Of a stretch of 64,000 bases of DNA, positions 51,249 to 64,000 are shown one piece after another. The first letter of the stretch is position 1; every line of letters begins with the position of its first letter. This DNA comes from Hormiphora californensis. Lineage: Eukaryota; Animalia; Ctenophora. The notes under the pieces are model-generated. The model ran no database searches and was not told the origin of the DNA. It was given only the letters and a program-made list of their open reading frames with translations. The stretch is from positions 7,750,001-7,814,000 of the forward strand of contig CM035351.1 in NCBI GenBank assembly GCA_020137815.1, in the 5' to 3' direction. A program made the position numbers and the translations under genes.

Positions 51249-54200
51249 ATGATTAAGTTATTAATGTAAATACCAAAATCATCCTGCTTACTAGCACTCA
51301 AATTCAATCGACCTGCAAAACCACCTAAGCTCTCAGATACCAGTTCCAACTAATATGATTCTTCCAACTAACATGCCCTCTCTTCATTTCAGAGTCGCCT
51401 CCCTGGCGACCCTCCTGGTACTGGGAGATGTGGTAGGTACACACGAGGAGACAGACACCCCTCTCATGGACTCTGCAGTTGAGGCCGAGGCTGCTGCTGC
51501 CGCTGGAGAAGCTGCCGCCGCTGCCGCTGCTGCTGCTAAGGCGGCCGCCAAGGCAGCTGCCTCTACACCTGTCGTTTTTAAACATAAGAGTAAGTTTATC
51601 TACTTCATCTAGTATCTACTTCACTACTTCAGCCACACTAGAAACCTTCGCCTAGAGATGTTTATCTCTAACCGTTCCTAACTCCAATCCCCATAGAATC
51701 GGATCTAGAGCACTACGAATCACCTGCCAAAGCCAGGAAGATCAGTGCAGTGAAAGGATCCAGGATCAAGTTCTCCTTCCTGATCAGGAACGCTTACAAC
51801 ATCAAGTGTGTTATCTGGTACAAATACCAGGCTGACAGCAAGGTCAACAGGAGAATCAACCCTGGAGGCAGGCAAGTGTGAAACTATTATTAGAATGCTC
51901 TATTATACACGTCTCTCTATCTGGAAACCTATATATCTATCTCCAAATCTTTCTGATCGAATCCCTAGTTATAGTAGCATAGTGCTCACACATATCCCCC
52001 ACACACAGGTTCAGTATCTGGTCCTACAAGTCCAAGAGTGTCTACTCTCTCCAAATCGAAGATGTCAAGGCTGATGATGCCGGGTACTACCGAGCTCTTA
52101 TCATGTACAACAACGGCATGAGCAAGACTGATCTGTACTATAAACTGACTGTCACCGACAAGCCTAGTAAGTTGGGGACGGTATGTCTATTTGGATTTAA
52201 TGCTACTGATAATGAAAATATCCATCATCAAATCCACGGGAATTTTTAGTTTTCAATTTTCAAAAACCCAGCACTAACCACCCTTTTCCCCCAGAGGACA
52301 ATCTGAATAAGTTGCAGCTGCGTGGTTCAGACATTGTGTTCCGTACCAACAAGCCCAGTGGGTCCTCAGTAACCTGGTACAGGGTGAGCGGTAACAACCG
52401 AATCAAGATCACCGAGGAGAACGGACCCTAAATACTTCATCCTGGAGAACAACCAGAAGCTGGTGGTGGCTGATGTTGGACCTGAGGATATCGGAGAGTA
52501 CATGGCCCTTATCAAGAAGGACAACAAGGTCCTAACCAGAGTCTACTTCAAGGCTACCAAGCTGGATTACCACAGGAGACCTACCATTGTCAAGGCCAAG
52601 GAGTATTATACCGTCAAACTGAGTTTCAACCTACCCAGGACTGCCATCTCAAAGCTGAAGGGTGTCTCGTGGTATCACACCAGGCCCTTCCTACAGATCA
52701 GGTATGAGTAACTTTAAATTTAATGCTTAATTTACAACTTACTAAAGATATACATTTTCAAAAATTTAGAAGTTATTAATTCAACTTAACATTCCACATT
52801 TTCAGTGCATCCAAGGGAAAGTACCCCAAATACCAGTTCGAGAATAGTAAGATGACCCTGGTGATAAACAAGCTGGATGTATCCGATGAGGGATACTACG
52901 TTGCTGTCATTGAGTTCGCCAACTACAAGACAGAGGCTCTCTTCCTGATAAAGGTTGAGAAGCTCCCAGTGAAACCCCTTGTACCCAAGAAGCTCCAGAT
53001 CATCTGGGGTCAGGGTGCTGTGTTCAGTTTCCGGGTTCCCAAGGGTGTGGTTGTGTCCAAGGTCGATTGGACCTACTACTCCAAGGTAGGAGGTGCCTCC
53101 AAGGTCATCAAGAACAACAAGAGGATCACCTTTGAGATGGATAAACCTGATTACTTCCCTGAAAATCTCCTGGTGTACTGAGAAGGACATAGGTTTCTAC
53201 AAGGCAGTAGGTTACTACAGACGCTAACGAGGAACTCCCTGTTCTGTTCCATCTGGATGTGCAGGGTGAGCCCCCCATGGTGAAACCCGAGGTGGTGGTG
53301 TCCCATCTGGGAGACAAGGTTACCATGGGAATCTCCTTCAAGAATGCCAGGAAGATCAAGAGTATTGAATGGTTCCATATCAACCCTGTCAGGAAACTGA
53401 CTCCTAGCAAGAGGGTCGGTGTTTACCAAATCTAAAGACGGTATGAAGAGGACTGTTCTGATCAAGGATATTGAGGCTAAGGATGCTGGGTTCTACGAGG
53501 CCATTATCACTCTTGAGGATGGATATAAAACTCGGGCTAGGTTCCTGATCAAGGTCAAGGGAGACGAGGCACATGTCCGTAAGTTATATTCCTAACATCA
53601 TCAAATCATCAAACCTTAGCTTGGTGTAGTTAATTTAATGATTTACAACAAACATTAGCTGGTTCTGATCTTTAGATCTTTAGATTAATGAATGTATTTG
53701 ACCCTACTTCCCTCCTTTCCTTCAGTGCTCCAGAGCCCCGCTGCTACTTTCACTGCCACTGGTATCCCCAATGGAAAGGCTGGTACAGCTGATAAACCTG
53801 TGAAGGCCCAGAACCAGGTTGGACAGACCGTCATCCTCGCTGGTTATCTGGCTAACGTGCAGGTGGAGGTAGTTAACTGGTACCGTGTTGTCGGAAAGAA
53901 GAGGCAGCAACTCTCCCCTGGAAAGAGGTACAATCCCAACCATAGCTACACTTTTCATTTTCTAGCCATAGTTTGATCCCCATTTGATCTTCTAAAACTT
54001 TTCTTGCAACACCCATCAAGTCTTCACCCGGTGTCCTTGTTGATCCATTCTCTAATAACGTATCCTACTAGGTACGAGATTGTCAAGAAGGGAGACTATG
54101 TGTTCCTTGTGATCAAAGAAGTCACCAAAGCTGACCGAGGACAGTACGTTCTGGTTGTCAAAACAAAGAAGGGAAAGAGCTTCGTCGCTTACTACATTAT

Positions 54201-57200
54201 CAAGATCCTCGGAAACAGTGAGTTCAAATAGTAGTGATAGTGATCTCTGATCAAAACTTTGAGCTTGGTTGGTCTGATGTATGAATCAAAATCTAACAAT
54301 TCCCAACCTTTCAGAGCCCATGGGCACGGTCCACACCTTCAAGAGTCCCCTTAACAACCACCTGGATATCTTCTTCCAGTCCAAGGATACTATCTCTGCA
54401 GTGGAATTCTACCGACTCAACCCTGATACCAAGATCAAGGGAGACAACAAGAAATACAAGATCTCCGGAACTAAACTCCGAATCTTTGATGTCGATTGGG
54501 ATGATGAGGGATACTACAAGGCCATCATCACCGTCAAGGGAAAGAAGGTCACCAAGTACTTCTCAATCACTGTCAATGGAGTCATCCCTGATACGGTGGA
54601 CTTTGAGCCCATCAACCAGGCTGAGAAGATCCAGGCAGTTGCAGGTTCCAAGATCGCTCTTAACTTTGAGCTTATGTACGGCAAGAATATCAAGAGCATC
54701 GCATGGTACAAGTTCGATCCCAAGAAGAAGACCTCAACTCCCATCAAGCCTTCTGGACGGGTTGCCATTAAGACGAAGGGAACCAAGTCATCTCTCCTTA
54801 TCGCTCGAGTGAGGTTTGCTGATGCAGGATACTACCGAGTCCTGGTCAAGTACATGGGAAGAATGACAGATGGACTTTTCAACGTCATTGTAAAGGCCGA
54901 ACCTAGTAAGTGTCTTTTGTTAAGTAGTCTTCAAACATCACAGAATTTAGGCACAATGCACATAAATCACAGAATTTAGGCCCATGTTTTCAGAACTAAG
55001 TACTTCTTCTTAACACCTCCTCCCACCTCCCCAGAGATTGTGAACCCCTGTAAGACCCACAAGGGAGGTACTGTTGTGTTCAGTGTTCACGAGCCCAGCA
55101 GCACTGTCATCACCAAGATTGCCTGGTTCAGGATTGTTGATGATGTCCCCAGGGCCATGAAGGAGAGTTCCAAGTACAAGATCACTGACAAGAACAGGCA
55201 GCTGACCATTAGTGGGGTCACCAAGGCTGATATCGGCATGTACCAGGCTGTTCTTACCACCAATGAGGGGGAGACCAAGGATGAATACTTTGCAATCCGA
55301 CAAGAAGGTACAGGAACCCGATGGACACATGTGTGTCACAACTTATGTTTTAGTGTTTTACATTGTGAAATTTATAGCAACTGGGTCGCTGTCTCCATAG
55401 TAACGAACTAACCGAACCCTAATTACCAGATGTTGAGCCTCCCATGAGGATTATCAAGGCTACTGAGTACTGGACCGTTACCCTTTCCTTCCAGTACAGC
55501 CTGGTCCCTGGTGACAAGGTCAAGAGCATCAAATGGTACCATCTTACCCCCAACAAGAGGGCCTTGAAGACTTCCGATGGTAAGAGCTAGATCTCACAAA
55601 CAACTGACTTCAAAACTCACGTCATTAACCTTCAAATTACAAAGATCTCGTCACATCCTGACCCCACACACTTCTCTCTATCAGGAAAGTACAAGAAGTA
55701 CAGTATCACCTCGGACAAGAAATCCCTGACCATCACTAAACTGAAGCCCAAGTTGGATGAGGGATGTTACATTGCTGTTGTTGATCTAGGGGATTACACA
55801 CTTCGTGCTCTCTTCAAACTTGACGTCAAGGCTCTGCCACGTAAGAAACTCGTACGCTGTTACATTCTTGTCGACCAGTTGATATTCTCGGCTAATTTGT
55901 GACATTCCAAGAGACGCCCACGCGTTAATATCTCGATAGACCACTAGATACGTATCATCCATTAACACCTGTATCTCTCCTCACAGCGAGGAAGCCCAAG
56001 ATCCACATCACCAAGGTGAAGTGGGGACAGAATGTTATCTTCAGTTTCGAGTCTCCTAAAGATGTAGAGATCAGCTCCGTTACCTGGACCTATGTCAGTG
56101 GAGACAAGAGTAGGAAGGTGGTAGCTGACGGAAAGAAGATCAAACAGAAGAATGCACATCCCAAGTACTATCTGACCGTCAACTGGGTTGATAATCCTGA
56201 TGCTGGGTTCTATAATTGTGAAGTAAAGACCGCAGACTGGAGAGAAAACTACCTGTGTCTTTCAAACTCGTCGTGGAAGGAACCAGTAAGTGTGAAAATA
56301 GGAACCATCTAATTCATTGAACTAAAAATTCACACTTTCTCAGATCATAACTTTTCTCAGTTCACGCAGACTAGATTTACTCAATTCCGTGATCTTCTAA
56401 CCATGTTCTTACCCCACAGAGCCCAAGGAAGTTCCCAGAGTTATCGAGACCTTCATGCACGACACCGTTACCATGGGATTCGAATTCGATCACCGCTCCC
56501 CTGTCAAGAAGGTGTCCTGGTTCCACATGCAAGGAAAGAAGAAGGTTGCTATCAAGAATGGCAAGAAATACGTTATGAAGGCTCCTGCCGATAACAGATT
56601 CAAGCGTACCATGGACATTGTATACGTTACCTGCTAAGGACAAGGGACTCTATATTCGCTGAAGTTGAACTTCAGGATGGCTACACTACTCGAGCCATCT
56701 TCGATATCAAGATTGTGGGAGACAAACTCAGGAACATTGTCCTCAAGCCCTACTTCAAGACCTCTGCCAACCAAAAACCCTCCAAGCCCATCACCTACCC
56801 CCACGAGCCTGCCATCTTCCTGGGAACCCCAGAGGATCCCCAGAGGGTTATTGCCAGGGTTGGTGGAACTGCCAACTTGGTATTCAAACTGGAGGAGATC
56901 TCCCCTGATAAGCTGTTCTGGTATTATGTTGACGCTAAGGGCAATAAGAAGATCATCGCCAGGACCGATAACATGAGCAAATTCACCATTGCTGATAAGA
57001 AAAAACATAACGCTTACCGGTAAGCTAACATTTTTAGAGTAGATGACTTCAGTTCCTAAGTGAACTGTGAAGGTTCTGAATTTTGGATGAAGACATCCCC
57101 TTAGGACTTAGCTACTAAACGTTCCTAACCTCCCATTCCCACAACAGAATCCAGGACAAGAAGGCAGGCAAGAACACATACTACTACTTCCTAACTGTAA

Positions 57201-58909
57201 ACGAGGTCAAGGATTCCGATGGTGGAGTGTACTATGCTCGCCTTGCTGACAGTGCCCAGTCCATCAAACTATACTTCAAACTTCTCGTCAAGGGAACATG
57301 TGAGTGGCTTAAATTCAACAATTCAACATCTTGTCTTTTTCGCTACTTGCTCCAACGACTGTTTTACCAAATGTTCAGTTCCAACTAAAGCCATCCCTGG
57401 GAAGACTCCACATCACGCTAACCCCCACTATCTCTCTCAGGGAACCAGGGAGTCCAGTACACCAAGGCTGCTGTTACCCTGTGGCACGATGTCACCATTG
57501 GGCTCAAGGATCCCAGCACCTTTGTTAAGTGTAAACTGACAAGCGTCAAGTGGTACCGTCTGTACCCTCTGGAGGAGATCACTGCCAGCAAGAAACACGA
57601 GTTCGCTAGCAAGAACCTCGAACTGACCATCAGGTAACTAGGAACATGTTACCATGGCAACTAGGAGGATGTTACCATGGCAACCGCAGCAACTCTGGAG
57701 AGGTCAGGATACTGTTCTAAATCAGCAACTAACCATGTCTCTTTCTCCAGGTACGCAAGTTGGTTGGATGCCGGTTACTATAAAGCGATTGTAACTATCG
57801 ATGGAGCATACGACTTCGAAGTGATCTTCCTGGTGACCGTCAAGGGAGAAATCTCCTGTAAGTATCCTGGCAAAATGCCAGCTTTGGGTCGGGTTAATGT
57901 TTCCAACTGTAATTTTGGGCGGGTCTCTCACTTAGGGCTCATGATACGTCACATGTACCTACACACAGAACTAGCCGCTAGTGATCTGCTTGACTACCAC
58001 GTGCATAAGCTTCTCTTTCTCTTTCCCTCCAATATCTCTACCTCTCCTTTTCTCTCTCCCTTTAGCTTTCTGCATTCCTTAGTTGCACTCTTCGCCCTTT
58101 CTCATCTTTATTGCCCAGTTTCCATTAGCTTGCATTCTTTCTCTCTCGAGTCTTGCTCTCTCTCCCTCCCTCTCCTTCTCCCTCTCCTCTCTCTCCTCTC
58201 TCCCCATCTATGTATTATTGGCAAGCATCATCATGAACCCATTCTCTCCCCTCTCTGATCTCACTCTCTTATTCTGACTTAGCTTCATATGCAGAGATCG
58301 TTGGCGCCAAAACACAATTATACCTCGTTTCTCTTTGCTTCAAGATAGCTAATATAAACCCGTACGAGGTAAAGGCTAAAAGTGCAGAGTTCAAGACTCA
58401 ACGAGAGTTGCAACCTCCATACCTCGTGCACTACTATTCTTTTGTGTGTAGCCTGCATTATAAGTTGCACATAGGGCTCCAGCAGAATCTTGCTCCATCG
58501 CCAACTTGGCCTGTCAACGCTAAATACACCCAATCTACAAAGGGCACTCCTTGCAGAATCACTCTCTCTATCTCTTTCTCTCACACAGTCTATTTATCAT
58601 CCCTGCATCCCCCTCTCCCGCTTTTTATCTTGGCATCACCACACGTCCACACATCTCCCTTTGTAATGTAAAGCAGTCAAGATGACGTCGCCTTTGTATA
58701 GATCCCCACACTACATGGGTTAATTCTCCACCAAGTCATTCGCACTAAATTTACATATATCTCGCCTAGTACACACCATGCACTATTCAGACTTCTGACG
58801 TACACACACACACACCTCTGACAATATTGTGTTCTCTCTTTCAGCTGACAACGTCAACATGCCAACACGAATCCTCGCTCTTGATAAGGAAGCCTTCTGG
58901 ATTCACTAG
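51249..58909 (+). CDS. Predicted secreted Lys/Tyr-rich protein with about 14 tandem Ig-like domains and no TM segment; multi-exon, with several single-base frameshifts
   Basis: Reconstructed start MIKLLI|VASLATLLVLGDVVG, then an Ala-rich linker. Repeated C-strand W(Y/F) and F-strand DxGxY motifs near 52076, 52488, 52885, 53186, 53482, 54133, 54503, 54821, 55229, 55757, 56199, 56639, 57218 and 57767. Last exon inferred at 58845-58909. Confidence 0.82.
57648..57684. promoter_or_regulatory. Two tandem RFX X-box-like motifs GTTACCATGGCAAC (intronic)
   Basis: Match to the GTYNCYATRGNAAC consensus at 57648-57661 and 57671-57684; function not shown. Confidence 0.35.
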
Positions 58910-59204
58910 ACCCTGCTGATCGTTAGAGACCCTGCATTGTTAACTCTAATAGAGACCCTGCATGGTCTAGCAGCAATGCTGTCATGTGGACAGTTTGATC
59001 TGTCAATTTTCAACTACAATTTTTGCTGGCCAAGTTTTGTTTTACAAATTGTTCCCAAAGTTATGTTAATATATATTTCTCATTCTGTGATTGCCCAAAA
59101 AGAAACTAGATTGTTTGAATTTGCGTCAAGCTGCTGTTATCGATATCATTGCTTGAAAGCTTTATGATATTATTCATGGAGATATGAAACCACTTATAGT
59201 AGAG

Positions 59205-61034
59205 CACCCCGTGCCTGAACAAAGTTTAACCTCGGATGAAAAATGTACACTAAGCGGACTTCACTAGGGTCTTCAGATAGGTATTTGGAGTTGAAAAATG
59301 TAAAAAAACACCCCAATTTTATGAAAAGTTTTTTCTCTACATGGATTTTAAAATGGATCGTTTTGACTGTAAAAACGGCTTAAAAACCATGCTGTGTGCA
59401 GATTTATAGTCCTTTTCCAGTAAAATGGTTGTACCTGACCTGGTTTTGCATGTAGAATCGATTGCCAGTGAAGAGAAATCTCTAAAACGACTGGAAAATG
59501 GTCAAAATTCGTATTTTTGACGTTTTTTGAGGGTTTTTCGCCCCTAACCCTATCATGACATCAAGATAGAAAATTTTCACTCGTGCCAAACGTTTAAATG
59601 GACATTTTTCTACCGGATCCCAAAGTTTCAGATAAATCGAATGAAAGGGTAACATTTGGCAAATTATTGAAAGTGGCTAGATGAGAGAAAGTGAACTTGA
59701 ACTTAATTTTTTCACAATTTTGGCCTTTTTGACCAACTTCTGATTGAAATGGCCAATCAGGACCATGCTCACGCTAAAGAAGGGACAATTTCCTACTAAA
59801 ATGCAAATTTTCATGCCGATGCGACATCAGGTCATGGATTTATAGTAAATTTAAGCGAGCTAACTAGGCTATTTCGACTGTCAGAAAAGGTCAATTTTTC
59901 TAATTTTCGGGTCAATTAGCAATAAAAAAAGGGTACCCGACCTATTTTTCACCGTAGAATTGATTTCCGATGGAGTTGGACCTCTAGATCGCCAGGAAAA
60001 TTGAAGAAAACGAATATTTCAGTTTTTTTGGGGAAATAGCCAGAAAATGAGTAAAAAAACAAAAAATTGACATAAACCTATTTTCCCGGAGATTAAGAGC
60101 TTCAATTCCATTTTAAATCGATTTTACGTGAAAAAATTGGGCTGGGAACCCTTTTTATTGCTGATTGATACTGAAATAGGAAAAATTACCATTTTCTGGC
60201 TATTTCCCCAAAAAAACTGAAATATTCGTTTTCTTCAATTTTCCTGGCGATCTAGAGGTCCAACTCCATCGGAAATCAATTCTACGGTGAAAAATAGGTC
60301 GGGTACCCTTTTTTTATTGCTAATTGACCCGAAAATTAGAAAAATTGACCTTTTCTGACAGTCGAAATAGCCTAGTTAGCTCGCTGAAATTTACTATAAA
60401 TCCATGACCTGATGTCGCATCGGCATGAAAATTTGCATTTTAGTAGGAAATTGTCCCTTCTTTAGCGTGAGCATGGTCCTGATTGGCCATTTCAATCAGA
60501 AGTTGGTCAAAAAGGCCAAAATTGTGAAAAAATTAAGTTCAAGTTCACTTTCTCTCATCTAGCCACTTTCAATAATTTGCCAAATGTTACCCTTTCATTC
60601 GATTTATCTGAAACTTTGGGATCCGGTAGAAAAATGTCCATTTAAACGTTTGGCACTAGTGAAAATTTTCTATCTTGATGTCATGATAGGGTTAGGGGCG
60701 AAAAACCCTCAAAAAACGTCAAAAATACGAATTTTGACCATTTTCCAGTCGTTTTAGAGATTTCTCTTCACTGGCAATCGATTCTACATGCAAAACCAGG
60801 TCAGGTACAACCATTTTACTGGAAAAGGACTATAAATCTGCACACGGCATGGTTTTTAAGCCGTTTTTACAGTCAAAACGACCCATTTTAAAATCCATGT
60901 AGAGAAAAAACTTTTCATAAAATTGGGGTGTTTTTTTACATTTTTCCACTCCAAATACCTATCTGAAGATCCTAGTGAAGTCCGCTTAGTGTACATTTTT
61001 CATCCGAGGTTAAACTTTGTTCAGGCACGGGGTG
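59205..61034. mobile_element. 1.83-kb foldback element; 845-bp arms, 140-bp spacer, CAC...GTG ends, 4-bp TSD AGAG (Chapaev/CMC-like)
   Basis: CACCCCGTGCCTGAACAAAG...CTTTGTTCAGGCACGGGGTG; arms 59205-60049 and 60190-61034 are nearly identical; AGAG lies on both sides. Confidence 0.88.
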
Positions 61035-63822
61035 AGAGATACATGGGGACTGCTGAGAGAAAGATGACTCGGCGATGAATTATGAATGGGTGTTGCTCAG
61101 ATCGAAAAGCATCTCCATTCGTATATTGAAGGTGTCTAATATGGTATCTCATCCTAGAGACTTGGAATAAAATATTTCCGACTATACTCCAATACCAGAT
61201 TAGATAGACTCCCCAACTAGACAGTTAAGACCTGTTAATGTAATTTTGCAGTATGTGAGCGCTTAATTGGTGGAGGTGTAATTGGCCAATTATCTCCGGA
61301 ATAGTGGAGCCGCCAAACCTCACACACACTATGCACTTCCCTCTCTGAACTACTGCTTGCTCCTATGCTCATACTGATAGGGATGTAGTGCAGCACCACA
61401 CCTAATGAAGAGTTTCCTGTGCCGCATGTAGCTGCATTTGGGACATTACATGTTGCACCCTGCGGAGAGCTGAACCACCCGGTTAACTTGATTACCAACA
61501 TGGTGTCAGCACACATGTACCAAACACCGACACACTTGATTTAGCTACTTTCGTGGTAACTCAATCTACCTTTCCCGGTGATTCTAAATTTTCTAAACTT
61601 TTCAAGCTCAACACTTAACATAATACTTTGGTGCTCATCGCTTTCTGGCAAAACAGACTACCTTACTTACTACCATATTTACTACCCTGTTTTATAGAAG
61701 ACCCTTCTAAGAAGTGACGACTTCTTTTTTCAGTCTCATCTGGATTTCAATACGAATCGAGTGTAAGGAGCTACACGCTGCATTAATGTATGACTTGTAC
61801 ACCCATCCTAAACGTTTTCCTGCAGAAGTGCAGCAGCCGAATCCCAATTTTCTGCCCCGTACATTCTTGAAGGATAATTACCTCTCAGTCAGGCTTGGTA
61901 GCTCGCTACTGCAGTCAGGCGCACGTTGCAACTACGCTTTATTGATATTCGTGTTTTGAACCAGTTATGATGACATGACGTTATGTAGCTGAGGTATGTA
62001 CCCTTTTTGCTCTATCTTTGCAGAAGATATTTCTCTCTCTCTCTCCACTACAACAACTGCATTGGATCCATCTAATAATAATAATGCCGCTCTCCCAAAC
62101 AATCCTCTCTTTGTGTTTATGGCGCCGCTTCACAAATATACCCTTAGTGTATTCGCCTTTTGACCGAGCTCGGTATGCGCCGTGAAGCACAGATCACCTG
62201 TCTTAACAGCTCCTTAATTCCACAGAGAGAAGGTCGAAGGAGCACGAGTCGTTAGCCTAACAATTCCTTATTTTGTGCTCTCCACACCACGTCACACGAT
62301 GTAGTACGTCACTAGTCCGTGCACAATATATAACAAGACTGGGGTATATTACCCACCAGCGGCTCAGTCAAAGCGTTTAGATTTTCTGCACAAACAGCAT
62401 TGTCTATTCTACGATATCTGAATAGTATCATAAAACGTGCCTGCATGGACGTTCCTGTATCATATCTTAGTTCTTCACTTATATATACCCGTAGGTATCA
62501 TATCTTATCTCACTGTTACCGGTCTCTCGACTGATACAAGGCCCTTTGCATTCCAAGTCCAGTTCACAGGTTTTCAGTCCAATCTAAATCTATAGTGATT
62601 CCGGCTTGGCTGTAATGCATTTAAATGGTAAGGATATAAGAGACTCTATTAAGAGAGTAATCGAATTGATCGAGTCTGCATATCACTTAATCACGCCCTG
62701 TAGTTGTCCGCGGATTCCTGGTATCTCTCAAAGGATAATAATGATCCAATCTTTGTAACTCCCACGCAATCTTTGTAACTCCTGAAGGCTGAAGCCCGTC
62801 CTATCAGGCTCCTCCTAGTCCTTTTATACGTTCCTAATTTCCTGAATATTTTACGAAAACTAATGTACATCATCATAGGTCTCGCTCTTCAACCTTTTTT
62901 TACTTTCATTCCAACTCCTCTTCTTTCACTACCACTTCTCTTCTTTACTACCACTTCTTGGACTTCTACACTATGAGAGCCCCTATGTTTCTCTAGTGTG
63001 TATCATGTTTACTTAGGAACCATTTATCCAGGATGTCTCTCCCTCCCTCCCTCTCTGTCTCTCTGATCTCTCTCTCCAGTCTCCACCGTTCTGAGTGGAT
63101 GCATACTAAACAACAACATCCCCTTCTACTATCCCCTACTACAATATTATAAGCCTCTCTTCAACCCAGCAGCTCCCCTCAGAGTTCTGTGGTGTTTGTC
63201 TTTCTTTGAGTTAGATTTACATATAAATTTTATATGAGAAAAAGTTTTTTGGTAGAACTTTCCCTTGCTCTCGGTAAATATAAAATTTGACGTGTTAGTT
63301 TTTAGTTTAGGTCACTGTATTGGACCTATGATTTTCAATAAACCTTATCGTTAGGTTTCACTTATTAAAATAGCCTTTTGGACTTTTCGTAAATCACTGC
63401 ATGATATCTAAATAATTCTCTTTCTTCCGGGTATTTGATTATAGAGGTCCCATGACGGGGTATCCGGGTATGACATATTTGTTATATTACTATCCTTTAT
63501 AAAAGTCACGACCGGTCAACTATAATGGCATTCCGGAAGTATCGGATACCTCACTAGGCTACCTATTTAGGCTCAGCATTCGCTGAGTTGAGTACATATT
63601 ATATTAGGGTCATCCCATGACCACGCTTTGAATATTATTTTAGCGTGACCTCTTTGAGAGGGCTTGCATATTGTAACTTCCCATCGCTGTCAGGCCCCGT
63701 CACTATTCAGCATTATCTATTAGTTACGGGCCATGTCACGAGGCAATATATGGCTAACAAGCACGTTAATTTCTAACATGGGCCACGACTATATAATGTC
63801 CTGGGAACCTATCATGACATCA

Positions 63823-63893
63823 TGTCTCTATAGCCGGGTGGCCAGGTGTCTCTCTAGCCGGGTGGCCAGGTGTCTCTATAGCCGGGTGGCCAG
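63823..63893. repeat. 24-bp tandem repeat x3
   Basis: TGTCTCTATAGCCGGGTGGCCAGG units. Confidence 0.92.
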
Positions 63894-64000
63894 CGTGACA
63901 AACATGATGGGCCAGCCTTGTGGGAAATTAGGAAATCCTAGCCTTGTCTCACGGCCTTATGCTCTTTATATATACTAGCCCATGAGTCGCTGTGACTGAG

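Overview
Eukaryotic (animal) genomic DNA, rich in (GA)n microsatellites and with short spliceosomal introns. A 109-bp hAT MITE that I recall as abundant in the Pleurobrachia bachei assembly suggests a ctenophore; this is recall, not a search. Five host genes can be built by hand. On the minus strand are PRKCSH (glucosidase II beta, 4 exons, ends HDEL) and a ribophorin II (RPN2) with no coding introns, about 420 bp apart and co-oriented. On the plus strand are LIS1/PAFAH1B1 (9 coding exons), a receptor guanylyl cyclase, and a predicted secreted Lys/Tyr-rich protein of about 14 Ig-like domains that nearly all lack the canonical disulfide Cys. The 8.2-kb first coding intron of LIS1 holds a 5'-truncated LINE with a 112-bp flanking duplication, and the LINE is split by a hAT foldback element. 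About 14-31 kb is a transposon graveyard: a Polinton pPolB pseudogene, PIF1-helicase and DUF6589/Academ-like fragments, a CRE LINE 3' end and MITEs. There is a 100-N gap, two stretches of homopolymer-corrupted low-quality sequence, and several single-base frameshifts in otherwise intact genes that look like assembly errors. The most novel candidates are the Cys-less poly-Ig protein and a possible trans-spliced RPN2-PRKCSH operon.
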